NCBI GenBank assembly: GCA_022560555.1 | Contig: JADFSZ010000081.1 | Span: 1-7,726, forward strand | Reading direction: 5' to 3' | Length of the DNA stretch: 7,726 bases | Source of the DNA: PVC group bacterium | Lineage (GTDB): Bacteria > GCA-001730085 > JADFSZ01 | Shown here: piece by piece, positions 5,970-7,726 of the stretch | Position numbering within the stretch: the stretch's first letter is position 1 | Layout of the letters: every line of letters begins with the position of its first letter | Notes under the pieces: model-generated | Databases searched by the model: none | What the model saw: the letters and a program-made list of their open reading frames with translations, nothing else | What the model was told of the DNA's origin: nothing | Position numbers and translations under genes: made by a program

Positions 5970-6668
5970 TTAAAGTGTCGTGGTAGAAGATACATCAACA
6001 ACGGTTGCGCCGTCCGCGCTGTCCATAAACGTAAAATCATCAACATAGATTATCGCGCCGGTTGCATTGCCCACATCCGGCCCAAAAGCCATCCCGACAT
6101 TGTCTAGTTGGCTAAGATCAATTTTTTTGTTGACTTGATCCAAGGGGATGGCAAATTGCTGCCATTCTGCCGTGATGTTAGATACGGACACTTTCATCTG
6201 GGGCATATAACTCACGGCATGAGCATCGCGAAACAAAATCTCCGCCGACTCTCCTCCGTTTTGTCCTTTGATCCAAAACGTGAAATAGCCATAGCTTGAA
6301 ACATCTCTGCTCTCGACTATTTTCGGCTCTACGGTTAAATCAGTTGTCACACCTAGGTCCATAGCAAAACTCCCCCAATTGCTTGAAGGTTTCGCGCCGG
6401 TTCCATTAACAAGACGAAAGGAAGCGCCGCCGCTATGAACATAGGCCCGATCAAACCCTTCTTGATCTTTGACTTCGCTGTCATAGATCCAGCTGTAGGG
6501 AATACTTGTATTTTCCCAGTCCGGCTCCAGACTTCCGTACACACCCATTTCTCCGCCGAGATTGTTCGGCCAACCTTCAAAATCCGCCAGAACCAATTCA
6601 TCCGCATAGAGAAGATGCGACGCACTCATCACTGCTGCGAACACAAATATTGTCATTATTTTTTTCAT
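5970..6668 (-). CDS. secreted stand-alone CBM11-like beta-sandwich protein, paralog A
   Basis: A strong SD (AGGAG, 6676-6680) lies 7 nt before the ATG at 6668. The signal peptide is MKKIMTIFVFAAVMSASHLLYA|DE. It is roughly 50% identical by eye to the 223-aa neighbour: LVLADFEGWPNN, GVYGSLEPDW, PYSW.YD, ASFRLV, WGSFAMDLG, DVSSYGYFTFWIKGQNGG, LFRD, EWQQFAIPL, IDLSQLDNVGMAF and AIIYVDDFTF. Confidence 0.9.
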   Translation of the reverse strand: MKKIMTIFVFAAVMSASHLLYADELVLADFEGWPNNLGGEMGVYGSLEPDWENTSIPYSWIYDSEVKDQEGFDRAYVHSGGASFRLVNGTGAKPSSNWGSFAMDLGVTTDLTVEPKIVESRDVSSYGYFTFWIKGQNGGESAEILFRDAHAVSYMPQMKVSVSNITAEWQQFAIPLDQVNKKIDLSQLDNVGMAFGPDVGNATGAIIYVDDFTFMDSADGATVVDVSSTTTL

Positions 6669-6798
6669 TAATTATCTCCTTTCGTTATGAATGTTTCTAC
6701 AAAATTCCTCTATTTTCTTTCTTTGCGTTTTATGCCTTTGTCTGTATTTGTCATTGTTACAAGCCCTCCTCCCCTTCTTTTTCGGATACATATACAAA

Positions 6799-7149
6799 TC
6801 AATCGTTTTTTTTCTCGTCGGTTTGTTCCTCGTCTTCGACATCACCAATGTCTTCTTCAATGTCTTCAGCAATGTCTTCAGCAATTTTTCTAATTTTTTT
6901 AACCCCGGACTTAACTTTATGGACGCCCTTCTTAATGGCATCAATTTCCGGAGACACATCCAGCCCCGGACCGACGATCACGCTGTCGTCTTCTAAAGTT
7001 TGCACGAGATCCCCGGCGTTATCATGGAGCTTTCGAAGAACAACTATGATCCGCGGAAATTCAGATTCATTTTCCCTAAGAGTTTCCAGCATTTCTTTAA
7101 TTTCAGCCTGCTGGCGTTTAATTTTTGCGATAACAATTTCTCTGTTCAT
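6799..7149 (-). CDS. hypothetical 116-aa cytoplasmic helical protein with a basic amphipathic segment and an acidic (A/E)EDI-repeat tail
   Basis: A good SD (AGGGAG, 7157-7162) lies 7 nt before the ATG at 7149. The stop is TGA at 6799-6801. There is no signal peptide. The N-terminus is heptad-like (IAKIKRQQAEIKEMLETLRE) and the tail is KKIRKIAEDIAEDIEEDIGDVEDEEQTDEKKND. I recognise no family. Confidence 0.7.
   Translation of the reverse strand: MNREIVIAKIKRQQAEIKEMLETLRENESEFPRIIVVLRKLHDNAGDLVQTLEDDSVIVGPGLDVSPEIDAIKKGVHKVKSGVKKIRKIAEDIAEDIEEDIGDVEDEEQTDEKKND
6847..6885. repeat. 12-nt in-frame tandem repeat (AATGTCTTCTTC AATGTCTTCAGC AATGTCTTCAGC AAT) encoding the EEDI/AEDI/AEDI tail
   Basis: Read directly. 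There are 3.25 copies, and copies 2 and 3 are identical. Confidence 0.85.
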
Positions 7150-7190
7150 TTAAGATCTCCCTTTCAATCCAAAGCGGCATTCGTTCCAAG

Positions 7191-7211
7191 GTCACAGAGT
7201 CACAAGTCACA
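7191..7211 (-). promoter_or_regulatory. three direct GTCACA repeats (7191, 7199, 7206; mRNA sense CTGTGAC TTGTGAC TCTGTGAC) upstream of the 116-aa gene
   Basis: Read directly, with spacings of 8 and 7 nt, located 42-62 nt upstream of the ATG at 7149. Function is unknown. It could be a direct-repeat operator or an RNA element. Confidence 0.4.
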
Positions 7212-7218
7212 GGTGATT

Positions 7219-7230
7219 CAAAAGCTTTTG
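7219..7230. promoter_or_regulatory. perfect 12-bp palindrome CAAAAGCTTTTG
   Basis: Read directly. It lies 8 nt from the GTCACA repeats, in the 146-nt gap between the solute-binding protein gene and the 116-aa gene. It is a candidate dimeric-regulator site, which is inference only. Confidence 0.3.
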
Positions 7231-7295
7231 GCTCGCCTCTTTTGTCATGTCTCTTTGTGCCCTTGTGTCTTTTAGCATTTACGATTTTTATCCAT

Positions 7296-7726
7296 TTACC
7301 GTTCAATGGCTAGCAGCTTATTGGCCTTGATGACGATTTTTCTTACGGCTTCTTCGATGGTTTGCTCTCCCCGAAAAGCCAGTTCTAGTTCGGGTTGAAT
7401 ATAACGTTGTTCGATTTCCTTCCAATTGCCCGCGAACGGACCATAAACAGCATATTTGACAGCTTCATTCAGCATCTTTTTGTTTGCCGGCGGCATAGGG
7501 CTTTTGGCCCAAGCTTCGCCTTCTGCAATGGCTCGGATGGCAGGTTGAGCCAAACCGGCTTCACCCAGCATTTTCTGTTCCAGCGGGCCTGCAAGTAATT
7601 TTAAGACTTCCCACGCGTCCGCGTAATCCTGCACACGACGCTGCTTTATGATCGCGTAACCGGACCCGCCTGTGCCGAAGCGTCTGATCCCAGTGGGTCC
7701 TTTCGGGAACATCACGATATCCCATT
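7296..7726 (-). CDS. ABC transporter extracellular solute-binding protein (family 1, sugar type), C-terminal part; the gene continues beyond the window
   Basis: The frame stays open upstream of the listed GTG start (..W D I V M F P K G P..), so this is an internal fragment. The sequence is typical of the C-terminal lobe of sugar-binding proteins: DIVMFPKGPTG.., ADAWEVLKLLAGPLEQKMLGEAGLAQP, GPFAGNWKEIEQRYIQPELELAFRGEQTIEEAVRKI. The stop is TAA at 7296-7298. Confidence 0.8.
   Translation of the reverse strand, partial: WDIVMFPKGPTGIRRFGTGGSGYAIIKQRRVQDYADAWEVLKLLAGPLEQKMLGEAGLAQPAIRAIAEGEAWAKSPMPPANKKMLNEAVKYAVYGPFAGNWKEIEQRYIQPELELAFRGEQTIEEAVRKIVIKANKLLAIER

Noticed and set aside
6108-7275. 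Plus-strand ORFs 6108..6299, 6435..6671, 6506..7153, 6687..6893, 6691..6996 and 7000..7275, and minus-strand ORFs 6353..6625 and 6672..6959
   Set aside because: They are antisense or off-frame to the 232-aa and 116-aa genes. The S-, F- and L-rich or K-rich periodic translations (for example KKLEKLLKTLLKTLKKTL) are by-products of the 12-nt DNA repeat read in other frames.
7118-7306. 62-aa basic minus-strand ORF covering the whole gap between the solute-binding protein gene and the 116-aa gene
   Set aside because: It has a TTG start inside the end of the solute-binding protein gene and no SD. It runs 32 nt into the well-supported 116-aa gene in another frame. Open frames of this length are expected in A/G-rich spacers.
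1-7726. CRISPR arrays, tRNA, rRNA, IS elements, integrases, toxin-antitoxin pairs or defence-system genes
   Set aside because: I found no repeat-spacer periodicity of 25-40 nt, no cloverleaf-like or rRNA-like segments, and no transposase, integrase or nuclease motifs in any of the long ORFs. The only mobile-DNA hint is the compositional anomaly at 677-1320, which is reported as a finding and not as a called element.

Overview
Nearly the whole window is one co-directional minus-strand gene string running from 7726 down to 677. It reads as a glycan-capture and sensing locus. A plus-strand T9SS cargo gene converges on its 3' end. The host is probably an uncultured T9SS-bearing bacterium of the FCB group that uses Shine-Dalgarno sites, with about 40-50% GC in coding sequence by hand counts.

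Gene order in the direction of transcription:
- the 3' end of a sugar-type ABC solute-binding protein;
- a 116-aa cytoplasmic helical protein with an acidic repeat tail;
- two tandem secreted stand-alone CBM11-like beta-sandwich paralogs of 232 and 223 aa;
- a 640-aa signal-anchored alpha/alpha-toroid protein carrying a third copy of the same beta-sandwich;
- a full-length ROK regulator, ATGA-coupled to the 640-aa gene, that lacks the ROK zinc motif;
- a truncated ROK paralog of 244 aa;
- a 138-aa ORF inside a strongly AT-rich segment.

I saw no rRNA, tRNA, CRISPR array, transposase or integrase.

The signals least explained by the gene calls are:
- a 223-nt intercistronic leader (4999-5221) built from three heptamer-periodic repeat blocks around a cluster of mutually exclusive hairpins, with a 42-codon uORF that ends in an ATGA overlap with the SD-less 640-aa gene;
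- a compositional and homology break at about 1250-1320, where the second ROK gene loses its C-terminal lobe;
- short repeated boxes placed just after stop codons.

All functional calls rest on motif recognition by eye. No searches or computations were run.
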